Assembly (NCBI RefSeq): GCF_006345805.1
Contig: NC_043002.1
Coordinates: 57,226,001-57,290,000, forward strand
Reading direction: 5' to 3'
DNA: 64,000 nt
From: Octopus sinensis
Taxonomy: Eukaryota
A program made the position numbers and the translations under genes. The notes under the pieces were generated by a model. The model searched no databases. It had not been told where the DNA came from and saw only the letters and a program-made list of their open reading frames with translations. Numbering within the stretch: position 1 is the first letter of the stretch; each line of letters starts with the position of its first letter. Below, in pieces: positions 1 to 13,897 of the stretch.

Positions 1-850
<850 letters not shown>

Positions 851-1418
851 TATGTGAGGTAGGTGAGCATTACCGTGAAAAAGGGGGTATTTCGGCCGCT
901 TAGGGGGATTGCATAGAAATTGTAGAGAATAGGACTTTTTAAGGAATTTTATCCAATGGTTTAACGTCTCCTCAAATTCACTGCCTATAGACACATACTC
1001 ACACAGCCACAGACACACAGACACAGACACACACATGCGCGCGGACGTGTAAAGTCATATTTAACACGTTTGAGCGTAAACGGACGGGATATGACCTTTT
1101 CGTGCAGGAAAAGACCCGGGAGAAAATTTTCCATCTGGCAGCCTTGTGTAAAAATACATTCTATTTTGGTCTGTGAGTGACGTCACTGGACGAAGAAGAA
1201 CGACGCAGAACGACGCATGTTTTTCTGTGTCGTTTTGCTTCGTCAGCTACGAAAACCAACTCAGTCGCTCACAGTCCCGTGAGAAAAGAATATTACTTGT
1301 GAAAACAGCAAAAAGAATGTCTTATGATGTGCATACCGCTTGGTCAAGCTAGAATTAAAGGAATAATGTCGCATTGAGTAGCGTTGACTAAAATATATCC
1401 GTGTAAGGTCATGTTTAG

Positions 1419-1613
1419 CCCTTTAGTACTCAAACTGGCCATATCAAGCCCAAATAATCTACCCGTTTTATGCTCAAGTTGATCAGATCAGGCCCCTTAG
1501 ACTTACCCCACAAAATCATTCCAATAACAATCTACAAAATAATGTATGGTAAATTCAAAACAATGTGAATAAATAAGCATTACATTTGACAGAGGAATCT
1601 GAATATTAAAGAG
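1419..1613. mobile_element. Short piggyBac-like MITE
   Basis: Imperfect terminal inverted repeats ccctttagtactcaaa / tctgaatattaaagag, flanked by ttag and ttaa (TTAA-like target duplication). Confidence 0.5.
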
Positions 1614-2599
1614 TTAATACGTTCGAGTGTAATTGAATACGATAAGAACTTTCGCTGGTGAAATGGTCTCAAGAAAATTCTCCACCTAGATTTGTGTCTT
1701 TCAATCCAATGACATCATCCACAGCTCAAAATAAGATGTGTCTTTACACAAGTCTAGGTTCGGGCAACAGTAAAAGAGTGTTGCATTTTCTCCGTCTGTG
1801 TGTCGGGAGAGGATGAGGAAAAAGAAAGTGAAAATGGAGAAAGAAGAGGAGAAGAAAGGGGAGAAAGAGGAGAGCAAGAAGAAATGAAAGGCAGCAGGAA
1901 CTGAAAGGTGCAATAAACGTCTGAAGCAATCAGCTATGGTACCCTATATACAATAGATGCATTCTAGTTAATTGTAACCCCAACGCTAACCCTAACCCTT
2001 CCTCATTAACCAAGTAAAACTTTTATTTATTTTTCCTGATTTTTCTATACTAGACCAGAACATATAACAACATCTCGTTTATTCACTGGGTCACATTGAC
2101 CTGATTGCGATCATTAGATGTATTTGGCCTTCAGTCATCATCCCCCTCTTAACCTCAAAATAAAACTCTGTTTGATGTCAGTCTAAAGATATTTTATCGC
2201 CCCAACCATTGCCAACTTAATCCATAGAACAATTTGGAAAAAATCATTCTTAATTTAATTCCTTGATATCCATAAAATGATCAACATTCGCCATATTTTC
2301 TCCCCTCTCTTATTTCTTCTTCTCTCTCCCTCTTCTCTCCTTCTCCCCTCTCTTTCCTCCCTCCCTCTCTCTCCCTTTTCTCTCCTTCCTTGCCTCTCAT
2401 TCTTTCTCTCTCTCTCTCCCCGTCTGTCTTCATTCCACCCCTCATCCCATTACTCCAGCTCTCTATCCACTCCCTCTTTCTTCTTCTTCTTCACCTTACT
2501 CTTCATTTAGATTAGGCGGAAGGAGAAATCGATAAACATCTAATCAGCTACAATTTGAAAGAGGAATCTAAACGTTTCATCACGTGATAGTTGAACCTC

Positions 2600-2621
2600 T
2601 AACCCTAACCCTAACCCTAAC
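2600..2621 (-). repeat. Short interstitial (TTAGGG)n-like tract
   Basis: taaccctaaccctaaccctaac; a similar short tract lies at ~1975-1998. Confidence 0.5.
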
Positions 2622-2997
2622 TCCACCACCACCACAAGTATAATCACTTTCTTTACACGTCCCTCTTTTTGTATTTAATACACCCCGCCGCTGCGTGTGT
2701 TGCATAATGTTGCACGCTTACGAAGCCAGTCTTCCATTATTGCGCAGTAGAAATCCTTCCAGTGTCTAGCATCATTATTTAGTTCGTAGAATAAGGCAGA
2801 CAACCTGCAGGCGCGTGAGTGCGTCAAGCAAAACGTTTCGCGGATTTTCCATCGGTTCTTTATATTTTGTGTTCAACTTTGCCGTTCGTCCTCCCGATAG
2901 CAATAAAATAAGTACCAGTCAATTACTGAGATCGAGGTAATTACCTCAGCTCCTCCCCTCAAATTTCCAGAATATGGACCCATCATTTAGTTAGATT

Positions 2998-3075
2998 AGT
3001 GGTTCCCAAATTGGGGCCGCAGACCCCTGGTGGTTCACAAAGTTGGCACTGGTGTCCGTGAACTAAATTCAAAGT
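2998..3075 (+). mobile_element. hAT/Charlie-like terminal fragment
   Basis: tagtggttcccaaattggggccgcagacccc resembles the CAGTGGTTCCCAA ends of hAT MITEs; no partner end found. Confidence 0.35.
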
Positions 3076-3077
3076 TT

Positions 3078-3122
<45 letters not shown>

Positions 3123-3794
3123 TATATATATCCCTAGCCATATCGCGTTTCACTTATCGCGGTTTATTATTTAATCTTACGCCGATTCCTCCGTAGTGTT
3201 GTTTTGCATTTATAATAAAATAAATATATACAAATTACATAAAAAATACAAAACCGACAGAATAAGTACCAGACTTTTAAAAAAGAGAAACAGCTTAATT
3301 ACTAGGGTCGATTTGTTTGATAAAGAGCTCTCAAGGCCGTACCCCAGCATGGTCGCATTCCAATGAGAGAAACAAGCAAAAGCTAAAAGAAATGATACAG
3401 ACATATTTTGGAATCAACTGAAATTGGTTGGAAAAGATGGAAGATGGTGAGGCAGCAAGTGAATCGGAAAATCGATAGGTTACGACCACCTCTTTCCAGT
3501 CATGCCCACCTTCTATGAATAATATTTCACCACTGAGTCATTACTCTGGTGATCCACAGAGGTTTAAAGATATACATGGTTGGCTTTATATATATTTAGG
3601 TTATTTTAATGCGCAGTTGTCGCTTGACCTTGACCGAACATAAAACCATGTCAACAATGTAAGAGAGAAACAGATTCAAGTTGGAAAGCTATAAATATTG
3701 CTTTCGCCTACGAGTTCAGGGAGTGAAACTGCGATTTACTCTTGACCACCAACACACACACACACACACGCACACACATGCACGCACGCACACA

Positions 3795-3862
<68 letters not shown>

Positions 3863-3894
3863 CGTACACTCATACCTACTGGTACTCTTTACTC

Positions 3895-4299
3895 TTTTAT
3901 TATTTTACGTGTTTCAGTCATTTGACTGTGGCCATGCTGGAGCACCACCTTTTAGTCGAGCAAATCGACCCCAGGACTTATTCTTTTGTAAGCCTAGTAC
4001 TTATTCTATTGGTCTCTTTTTGCCAAACCGCTAAGTTATGGGGACGTAAACACACCAACATCGGTTGTCAACCGATGTTGGGGGTACAAACACAGACACA
4101 CAAACATATACACACACATACATATAAATATACATATATACGACGGGATTCTTTCAGTTTCCGTCTACCAAATCCACTCACAAGGCTTTGGTTGGCCTGA
4201 GGCTATTGTAGAAGACATTTTGCTCAAGGAGCCACGCAGTGGGACTGAACCCGGAACCATGTGGTTGGTAAGCAAGCTACTTACTACACAGCCACTCCT
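3895..4299 (-). mobile_element. tRNA-derived SINE family A (CORE-SINE/OR2-like), near full length
   Basis: Reverse complement of the 6841 and 32068 copies: A/B-box head (ggagtggctgtgtagtaag..ggttccgggttcagtccc), internal TA/CA tract, conserved 3' tail. Confidence 0.85.
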
Positions 4300-4917
4300 A
4301 CACCTATGTATGTATTTTATTCTTAGTCTTATTTCAGTTCTCCTTAAGCGAGTTCAATCCGGTCGCTAACAAAGCGACAAGGCATTTTGAGTTAAGAGAG
4401 TTCGCAGTGTGGTTGAGTTTGTGCGCACACCTAAGGACGTGCATTTATTTTTCTAAAGAATCTAAGATAGAGAATCTTTGGAGTGTCTTACAAATCACCA
4501 GTGTGCCCTAATAGACTGGACTTGGAGAACCCGCGCGGTTTCTTTTGCTTTTCCTTAAAAAAAAAACCTAGCATTTCTAGGATTTTGTGTAAATACATGC
4601 GTTTCTCTCTGTCTTCTGTATGTATGTCTGCTGCAGGTTTGTCAGGTCACTTGTAAAATCCCTCATAAAAGCTACTTGTAACACGGGGTCAGTACAACTT
4701 GATGCATGGTCGTGTGACTAAACTGGCGCCCCCGCAAGACCAGCTAGGAAGTTGCTAGAAATCCAGCAGGATATCTCAAGACAACAGTCTAAGTTCAACG
4801 GCAATCTAGCAATGGCACGGGTTCTCCGAACTTCCAGGCTGGTGTCCGGCGTGCTGAGGCATCCCTCAGCTTTTGTTAAGCATGTCTCTAGAAGGTCACT
4901 CTGATATTAAGCCATGT

Positions 4918-4996
<79 letters not shown>

Positions 4997-5164
4997 ATAT
5001 AATATATATATATATATACATATATATGTACATACGTGTATATATATGTAAATATATGTGTATATATTTGTGTAAACGTGTGTGTGTGTGTGAGTGTTTG
5101 TGTAAGTATGATTCTTTTTTTATTACAAAAAATTTAGGGAGAGAGGCCTAATGTATTACGCATA

Positions 5165-5290
5165 CCCCGTACTGAAGTGGTACTTATTTTATCGACCCCG
5201 AAAGGATGAAAGGCAAAGTCGACTTTGGCGGAATTTGAACTCAGAATCATTTTGTCAGGTATGCTAACGTTTCCGACAGCTCCCCGCCTT
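5165..5290 (-). mobile_element. SINE family C fragment
   Basis: atcgaccccgaaaggatgaaaggcaaagtcgactttggcggaatttgaactcagaa matches the reverse complement of the 56160 copy. Confidence 0.75.
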
Positions 5291-5428
5291 ATTTGCATAG
5301 CTGTGTCCATCAATCAATCAAGCTATAGAATGTTCCTCAGGCACTCAACTATGAATCCACTGCATCCAAGTTAATGAAATTCATGACATAACCGTTTTTT
5401 TCTCTTTGTCATCTCATTTTCTTATTTA

Positions 5429-5485
<57 letters not shown>

Positions 5486-5768
5486 ACACTCACTATCTCA
5501 CACACATACTCACTCTCTCACACACACACTCACTCATACACATGCACACATCATGCACATATATCCATATACATCATATATTTGTATGTTAGGCATAATT
5601 GTGAGCTATTTATATTTTTAGGGTTCTTTTCCAAGCGTGATATAATATCTGAATTTTTCTTGTATATGTATAAAAGCTTTTCTGAAAATATTTCTTCTGC
5701 ACGCTTTTATGAAAAAACACTAATGAAAACAAACGTGATAAGTATTTTATTCAGATAATATATATATA

Positions 5769-6149
5769 TCTTTATATATAAAAGTAAGGTTGTGTGGCTG
5801 TCTCCTACGATTTAGATTCCTAACTACTCCCACATTTTGCGGTGCAGTTTAACCCAAACCGGGTATCTTATAGTCGTGATTCATATCGAGCCCTTCTGGG
5901 TATTAGCACGCGTCTACGATGAGTCTACGATTAAAAAAAATTTACCATAATTTTTTTCCATTTTAATGGATTTTTTCGCTATTATATAAGGGAAGTAACT
6001 CTCTAAAAATGTATACGATGAGTCAACGATTTAAAAAAAAATTACCATAATTTTTTTTCCATTTTTAATGCATTTTTTTGCTATTTTTGGCTATAACTCT
6101 CTAAAAATGCTTATAAAGTTATTTATATATATACTAGCGATACTGCTAG
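5769..6149 (+). mobile_element. Non-autonomous Helitron-like element with an internal ~95-bp tandem duplication
   Basis: Starts a|TCtttatatataaaag and ends CTAG|t. The block tacgatgagtc..gattaaaaaaaa..taccataatttttt..taactctctaaaaatg occurs twice (~5915-6010, ~6014-6110). Confidence 0.55.
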
Positions 6150-6184
6150 TATATATATATATATATATTATATATATATATATC

Positions 6185-6242
<58 letters not shown>

Positions 6243-6840
6243 ATTGTTGATATTCACTGAGCAGAAACGAAGTAAATTGTTATACGACAGCCAGATACGA
6301 AAACGCTGCCAACCATGATGATACAAATTAGCTTCCAATTATTTACTTTCTCAATGTAACCCTTCAGTAATTAATGTATATGACCTCTGCGGAGTGTATA
6401 CTGTGTCAAGTACATCTAGATAGGAATTCTTGGTCACTGTTATATATTGGATTAACCGGAGAAAATTTTAAGACTCAATTTTACCAGCATAGACGTTGTT
6501 TGTTAGTCTGGACAAGAAATTCATGGTAACTTTATCGAAATATATTTGGGTTTCGCGAGAAGCAAGTTCACTTACATTTAAAAATCATTTGGCCTATAAT
6601 CGACATCGTACGTTTGTACTGATATGGGAGCTTCCGTTCCAAATTGTCAATCGGTAGACATGCTTTTAAATACCTGTTCTGCAATTATAAGATTCCAAAT
6701 GGATGATTATAATCAAGTTTAGTAATTGATGGATTTCGTCACTGTCTTTGCTACATAATTGTTTTCTATTTTTTACAATAAAAGTTCCTTTCTGTAAAAC
6801 AATTCTACTTTTGAATTTTCAAGTTAATTTCCGTGCAATC

Positions 6841-7245
6841 AGGAGTGGTTGTGTGGTAAGTAGCTTACTTACCAACCACATGGTTCCGGGTTCAGTTCAA
6901 CTGCGTGGCACCTTGGGCTAAATGTCTTCTGCTATAGCCTCGGGCCAACCAAAGCCTTGTGAGTGGATTTGGTAGAAGGAAGCTGAAAGAAGCCCGTCGT
7001 ATATATGTATATATATATATATATATGTATGTTTGTGTTTATGTTTGTGTGTCTGTGCTTGTCCCACCAACATCGCTTGACAACCGATGCTGGTGTGTTT
7101 ACGCCCCCGTAGCTTAGCGGTTGGGCAAAAGTGACCGATAGAATAAGTACTAGGCTTACAAAGAATACGTACTAGGGTCGCTTTGTTCAACTAAAGGCGG
7201 TGCTCCAGCATGGCCGCAATCAAATGACTGAAACAAGTAAAAAGA
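6841..7245 (+). mobile_element. SINE family A, full length
   Basis: tRNA-like head, CORE-like ccttgggc.aa.tgtcttct, internal TA/TG microsatellite, tail ccagcatggccgcaatcaaatgactgaaacaagtaaaaga. Confidence 0.9.
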
Positions 7246-7269
7246 TTCCGCTTTCGTAAGTACTTAGTG

Positions 7270-7500
7270 AAGGTGCGTGGTTTAGTGGTTAGGGTATACG
7301 TGTCACGATGGTAAGGTCGTGATTTCAATTCCTGTCATTGAGCGTGATGTTTTATTTCGCGTTGCTCTCGTCCCCTCAGCTACCATTTATTTTAAAAGGG
7401 CCAGGCTTGTCACATTCTGTGTCATGCTGAATCTTCCTCGAGAACTACGTTAAGAGTATATGTATTTGTGGAGTACTAAACCGCTTGCAAGTTAAATTAC
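7270..7500 (+). mobile_element. Degenerate tRNA-derived SINE family D
   Basis: Head ggtgcgtggtttagtggttagggt..gatttcaattcc (A/B boxes); its 3' part resembles the fragment at ~9766-9826. Confidence 0.55.
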
Positions 7501-7819
7501 TATTGGTAAGCTTTTGCTGGTTAATTTTACTAACATTGTTGGGATCGCGGTTGTGACATTTCTTTTCAATTACGCCCACTTTTGTTGGAGGTCGTGTAAT
7601 CAGTGATACATTATTTGTGTGAAAACAAAGATTTCGTATATTTTTCGAACCATAAAAAATCTCGATACACGAAAAAATAATAAAAAATCGATTGCGAACA
7701 GTATTTGTTCAACTCAGTTTGAACTCCGAATATAGTCTTGGGCGGAGTTAAAATAAAATTATTGAGACAAAGCAATGGAATTTCGTCTTGTTGCTTTGAC
7801 GACAGCAACACCTGCAGTG

Positions 7820-7975
7820 GAGGGGCAAAGAACGCGATTTCGATTCCCAGACCAGGCATTGTGAGTGTTTATTGAGCAAAAACACCTAAGCTCCACGGCT
7901 CCGGTGGGGAGGGGTGGTGAACCCCGCTGTACTCTTTCATCACAACTTTTTCTCACTCGTTCTTCCTACTTCTAC
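7820..7975 (+). mobile_element. SINE family B fragment
   Basis: ttcgattcccagaccaggcattgtgagtgtttattgagcaaaaacacctaagctccacg is shared with the 13896 and 35678 copies. Confidence 0.8.
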
Positions 7976-8452
7976 CACAAAGCAGAGGAACCATAGTGTA
8001 ACCCACTATGGTGTGGTAAACTTTCAGACCCTAGTCTAGATTGCGAATCCTCTGTACCCCAAGATGGTTCAGCTCTCCACCTGTTAAAAGCCACCTTTTA
8101 TGGAATGAGGATAACAACGTAGCTTTCGCATCCGTGCAACCGCCAGTCTATTGCGTGTGGTGGGTGGATCTTCAAGTTGCCACACGCATTCTTAGTAGCT
8201 TAGAGTAGGCTCGAATTAGAGATTATTCTTAATGGCTAATGGCTTGAGTCCGGATTAGAAGAAGAAGAAGAAGAAGAAGAAGAAGAAGAAGAAGAAGAAG
8301 AAGAAGAAGAAGAAGAAGAAGAAGAAGAAGAAGACAGCAACAGCTTCAAAGATACAAGTTGCAGCAACAGCAATGACAACTAGAACACTCATCGTCGTAA
8401 TCGACGAAGTACCAGGTTCACACACACACCGTATATATATGTATATATATAT

Positions 8453-8484
<32 letters not shown>

Positions 8485-9636
8485 CACGACAGAAGTAAAT
8501 AGACGCCCCCATAAAACATCGTTTTAACTTGAAAAAGTAAATTCTTTTATTAATTGACATTTTTTATGTTTCAGGTTCTATACGTGACTGTTTAATCATG
8601 CCACATACAAAAGAAGTCTTGGAACAGAGGATGTATTGAGGGTCAATCTGAAGGTGGACTTAGTCCACGTAAAATCACAGAAAACCTCGAGATCCCGCTT
8701 TCTACAGTTAATAGAGTGAATGTGCAATTTCCCAGAGAGGGGAAGGAATTCACATCACCTCGCCTAGGATCCATCGCTTTGTTAAGAGAAGTGTAGAAGA
8801 TAATCCTCATTGCAAGGCTTCTCACATAGCAGAACAAATTGATGTCAGTCCCAGAACAGCTGCCAGGTATCTTGGCTGCTATAGCAGAGCAGCAAGATGG
8901 TAACTCCTTCTTCGATCAGTCAATATCAAGTAGAGAAAAGATTAGACCAGTGAGATGGTGGAGAGGCCACTATCAGTTTGGGATACTGTCACATTCTCTG
9001 TATTTTCTGAGAGTGGTCAAGTGTAGGGCTGGAGACTCTGTGATAAAGAATATGATGTGAAAAGATTACGTCAACAATGAAACACGGCAACTATCCAGTG
9101 ATGGTTTGTGGAACAAATTGGAGCAATGGTTGATCAGAGCTGGTGGAGTGTGAGGGAAACATAAACTCAGATAAATATGTCTCCATATTGCAGAAAGAAC
9201 TCCTTCCAATCTTCTCCAGTGGTGAAATGATTAAAGAAGACTCTTTATGGAAGATGGGGTTCCTTGTCACATGGCTAAAAGGACCCAAGATTGGTTGGAA
9301 GAGAGTGACATTAAAAATCCAGTCACCAGATATGAACCCTATTGAACACCTCTGGGGCATAATAGACATGATACTTCGTAAAGAGAACAACAAAGCATCC
9401 TCAAAGCCAGATCTTTTGAGATTACTGCATGAAACTTGGCAAGAAATTCTGCAGGAGAATATTCGTCATCTGATCAGTAACATGCCTAATAGGGTCCTTG
9501 CATTGAAAAATGCAAAGGGCGTGTCTACTTATTGTTAGATATTCACATTATAATAACTAACATATAATTCGAATGTGTAATTTCAGATTTAGGTAAATGT
9601 TAATGATTATAAGGTTGTCTATTTACTTCTGTCATG
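8485..9636 (+). mobile_element. Decayed Tc1-family DNA transposon
   Basis: Inverted ends cacgacagaagtaaatagac / gtctatttacttctgtcatg. ORF 9143-9538 has SPDMNPIEHLW and 'LISNMPNRVLALKNAKG', typical of the Tc1 DD34E C-terminus; a frameshifted N-terminus starts at ATG ~8598. Confidence 0.85.
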
Positions 9637-10884
9637 TCTATGTATATATTTTTATAAACAAACTTTCTTGTCTGCAATACCTACGTACATACACGCACGC
9701 ACACACACACACAGACACACACAGACACACACACACGCGCGCTGCGTGTGAGTGTGTGCGCGCGCGTGCTCAGCCACTTGCACATTAATTTCACAAGCAG
9801 TTCCGTTGAACGCTTGTCATCGTAACCGATACATACATACATACATACATACATCAACATTTTGCACTTACAGTTAAGACAGTAAAATGATAAGACATAT
9901 GTATACGCAGGCGCGGATGCCGCTCGTGATAGGGTCATGCATAATTTACAGACTGCCAAACAGGCTGTCCGACGAACAGACACACACTGTTGTGTAGCAA
10001 TGACGTATAAATTGTCACAAGACAATCTTTTCCAAATCGATTTCCTAAACAGTTTCTATGTAAACGAAGTGGATTTAATGTTTGTCATGGTCGGCTTCTC
10101 TGACGCTGGTGATGGCAAATAGTGGTGGGTTTTTGATAGTGGTGGTGGTAGTGGCTGGAAGTGGCGGTGGAGGTGTTTGAGAGTGGTGGTGGTGGTGGAG
10201 GTGTTGGCAGGTAATACTGGTTGTGGTGCTTGTGAATGGCAGTGGTCATCGTTGTTGGTGGGAGTTACTGGGCGGAGGGTAGGGCTTCAATATGACCTTG
10301 ACCTAGAGACCCCTCCGCCCTTTGCTTTCTGAAGGAATGGTAAGTCGGTGGTTGTTCATGCTAGTTGTTCTTGCTGTTTTCGTGTTGCTATATTTAACCC
10401 CAGTCAAACAGACTTCCTCGAGCGGACAGACCTATGATCAAATGCATTCCAGCCATGCCTATCATGCCTATTTTAAAACTCTCTAGATATACAATGTTCA
10501 ATCGACGTATTCAACGAGTCTTTTCTTTTACAGACAGCGGGTTGTGAGTTGAGGAAGATTTAGCTGCGTGTTCTAGCAGAATGATTGGCCACGTAGCGGC
10601 CCAATGAGGAATGTTATTTTTGCTAGTTTGTCTTCAATCAGCCCTAACTGAGCAGCCTTATGCTCAAATGCATTCCAGCTGTGACCATCCAACCCTTGCG
10701 ATTATCGTTTCAGGCTTCTGTAGTCTGAGTTCAAATCCTACAGGGGTTAACTTTCTTTATTTAGATTTACCCATTCAGGGTCGATAAATAGTCTTAATCT
10801 AATATTGGAGCTTATTAGTCTCTCCCACTCTTTCATTCTTCTTCTTCCTCTCCTCCTCCACCTCCACCTCTCTCTTTTCTAGAG

Positions 10885-11190
10885 CATGGCTGTGTAGTTA
10901 AGAAGTTCCTTTTGCAACTACGTGGTTTCAGGTTCAGTCCCACTGCGCAGCATCTTGGGCAAGTGTCTTTTACTCAGGCCCTCGGTTGACCAATGCCATC
11001 TGAGTAAATTTGAGAGACGGAAACTACAAAGACCCGTCGAACACACATTTTTTTTTAGTCTGGGTCTTATTCGAACGATTTCTTTTGCCGAACCACTTGA
11101 CTATGAGGAGGGCAACTTGTTGGTTGTCCTCCTCATAACCTTGACAACACCAGTTGTCAAGCAGTGAAGGTGGGGTAAGCACAGACAAAG
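10885..11190 (+). mobile_element. SINE family A, degenerate
   Basis: Head atggctgtgtagttaagaag..caggttcagtcccactgcg and gggcaagtgtcttt. Confidence 0.7.
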
Positions 11191-11204
11191 ACACAGACAC
11201 ACGG

Positions 11205-11300
11205 TCTCTTTAGCCGAAGCGCTAAATTACTGGGACGTAAACACCAGCCTCGGTTGTCGAGCGCCGTTAGTTGGCGTGGAGGACAAACACAGACACACAC

Positions 11301-11347
<47 letters not shown>

Positions 11348-11368
11348 CACACACACGCACACACACAC

Positions 11369-11438
<70 letters not shown>

Positions 11439-11603
11439 GTGTATGCGATGGGCTTCTTTCTGTTTCCGTCTACCAAATCCACTCACAAGGCTTTGGTCGA
11501 CCCGAGGCTATAGTAGAAGACACTTGCCCAAAGCGTTACACAGTGGGACTGAATCCGGAACCATGTGGTTGGTAAGCAAGCTACTTATCACACAGCCACT
11601 CCT
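11205..11603 (-). mobile_element. SINE family A with expanded internal (CA)n
   Basis: Reverse-complement match to the 6841 copy, with ~140 bp of CA repeat at the internal microsatellite position. Confidence 0.85.
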
Positions 11604-11613
11604 GTACCTATAG

Positions 11614-11645
<32 letters not shown>

Positions 11646-11838
11646 GCACACATATATATATTAATCTATAAATATATGTGACAATTAGTTGATTTACGTA
11701 TGTATGTATATATATATATGTATGTATGTATCTCTTTCTGTCTGTCTGTCTCTATACATAGATACATACATACATACATACCTACATACATACATACATA
11801 CATACATACATGCATACATGCATCCATACATGCATACA

Positions 11839-11873
<35 letters not shown>

Positions 11874-11878
11874 TTATA

Positions 11879-11979
<101 letters not shown>

Positions 11980-12490
11980 TATACATCATTTGTTTCCACG
12001 TTGTTATATAAAATACCTGTCTTCCTACGATCAATAAATCTAATTTACGAAGGAATAAAGGTACTGGATTATTCCATTCTCATCTCCGTGTGTGTGTGTG
12101 CGCGCGTGAGTGTGCGTGCATACGCACGTATCTGTGTGCGTATCTTTGTATGTGTGCGTGAGTGTGTATGTGTCTGAGTGCGTTAGTATGTGTGGTGTGG
12201 GTTTTTGTATTTTTAGAGTTCTACTATTATCTGCTATTATTTTATTCATTCTATTCTTTAGTATTGAAATATGCGAATTTAAAACGAGATTAGGTGTTAT
12301 TTTCAGAATATAGCGATTGGTGGGGGCCTTCGTCGGTTAAGAGTGATGCGCAATCTTTTGTTTGATGTAAAGTATTAATTCTTACTTGTGGAATCAACAT
12401 AGATTCGATGGAACATTCTGGTGAGAACCTGCTCTTTCAACACCTGTTGAAGATTACTCTCTCCTCTCTCTCCTCTCTCTCCTCTCTCTC

Positions 12491-12554
<64 letters not shown>

Positions 12555-12600
12555 TCACCGGTGAGCTGAAGAGCTCAATTTCGATGTATCTGTGTACATA

Positions 12601-13000
12601 CGTGGTCTGATCAATAATATCCGGACTGTTGCCATAGTAACGAAGCTAAAGCGTGCAGAGTGAAACCGTTTGGCACAGGTTGACCTTGAATCCTGCTGAG
12701 CATGCGTACTGAGTGTTAACGTTCTAGCTCACTTCCAATGAACTTTGCAACGTTTAAGCTTTGCGAATGATGCCATCCCATTGGCTCGGTGAGAAGACCA
12801 GCATCCTTCCTGATCGGAAAGCTGTTCCACTGCAGCGTTACTCATTTACCGATGAAATCGAACCCACGGTCTAGCGATCATGAATGCAACACCCTATCCA
12901 CCAATACACGCTCCTTTACAAATTAAAAACTAGCGACGGTATACGAGGTCTGATCAATAAGTATCCGGACTATTGGTCATAGTAACGAAGCTAAAGCACG
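12601..13000 (+). mobile_element. Two directly repeated mariner-like terminal fragments with a degenerate SINE head between them
   Basis: ta|cg(t/a)ggtctgatcaataa(g)tatccggact...catagtaacgaagctaaagc at ~12601 and ~12943; a minus-strand tRNA-like head (gggttcgatt) lies at ~12850-12915. Confidence 0.5.
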
Positions 13001-13143
13001 ATGGTCTAGACGATACTGTGACACCGTGGGTAGCTAATTTCTGCGCAGCCCACCAGCTTTTTGAGACATCGCTGACTGTTTAGTCAATGTTAAACAATAT
13101 TGGTTTGACGGATTTTTGATCTGAAATTCGGTGGTAGGGTGTA

Positions 13144-13189
13144 TGTTGCTGATGAAGCACAAATTACGCTGAAATCACGTGATACAATA
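13144..13189 (+). ncRNA. Minimal type I hammerhead ribozyme motif (Penelope/retrozyme-type)
   Basis: tgttg-CTGATGA-agc acaaattac gct-GAAA-tcacgtga-TA-caata: intact core, stems I and II, palindromic stem III. Confidence 0.7.
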
Positions 13190-13830
13190 GTTCATTCCTC
13201 GGTGCTGACGAAATTTCGTCTGCTGATATAATCTGTGTATTTTTACCACTCATTGTCTGTACAATATGACTTCTCAGGATGTATACTGAGGTCTACGACG
13301 TTCTTATCAACGCGTTCAATTTAAGTTGGATGTGTAATTAAATATTCGTTACAAAGGCTGTTCCCTGTGCCAATAGCTAATTTATGCACAAAACTTTATT
13401 GGAATTAAAAAAACAAGAACTCGAATGCAGTTCATAGATTTAGCTCGTCCTCACTATTGGTCTTATTTCGACTAATAAAATTTTGCTTCAGAGGAAAGGA
13501 AATGTTAGTACGATTATGGTTTTTCTCAAGAGCAATTTTCCAATGTAATAGTGAATTATACCTCTTCATTCGCCCGACTTCTTTCGCATAAGAGATTTGT
13601 TTTCCCGCCTACTGATTACCAGGTTTCTATGGCGTATAAGTAACCGAAATCATAACATTCGCCTTAAACAGGACGCCAGACCGTTGTAGGGCTATCCATT
13701 TACAGCTGAGCGGACTGGGGCAACATGATATGAAATGTTTTGCTCAAGAACACAATACGATTATTTGATAGACTATTCACTGATCTATGTACGCACAACA
13801 TTAAAGTGTTGCTAGTGAGTATATATATAT

Positions 13831-13895
<65 letters not shown>

Positions 13896-13897
<2 letters not shown>

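Noticed and set aside
1975-2621. TAACCC repeats as a telomere or fusion site
   Set aside because: Only 2-4 units; unremarkable in a genome this rich in simple repeats.
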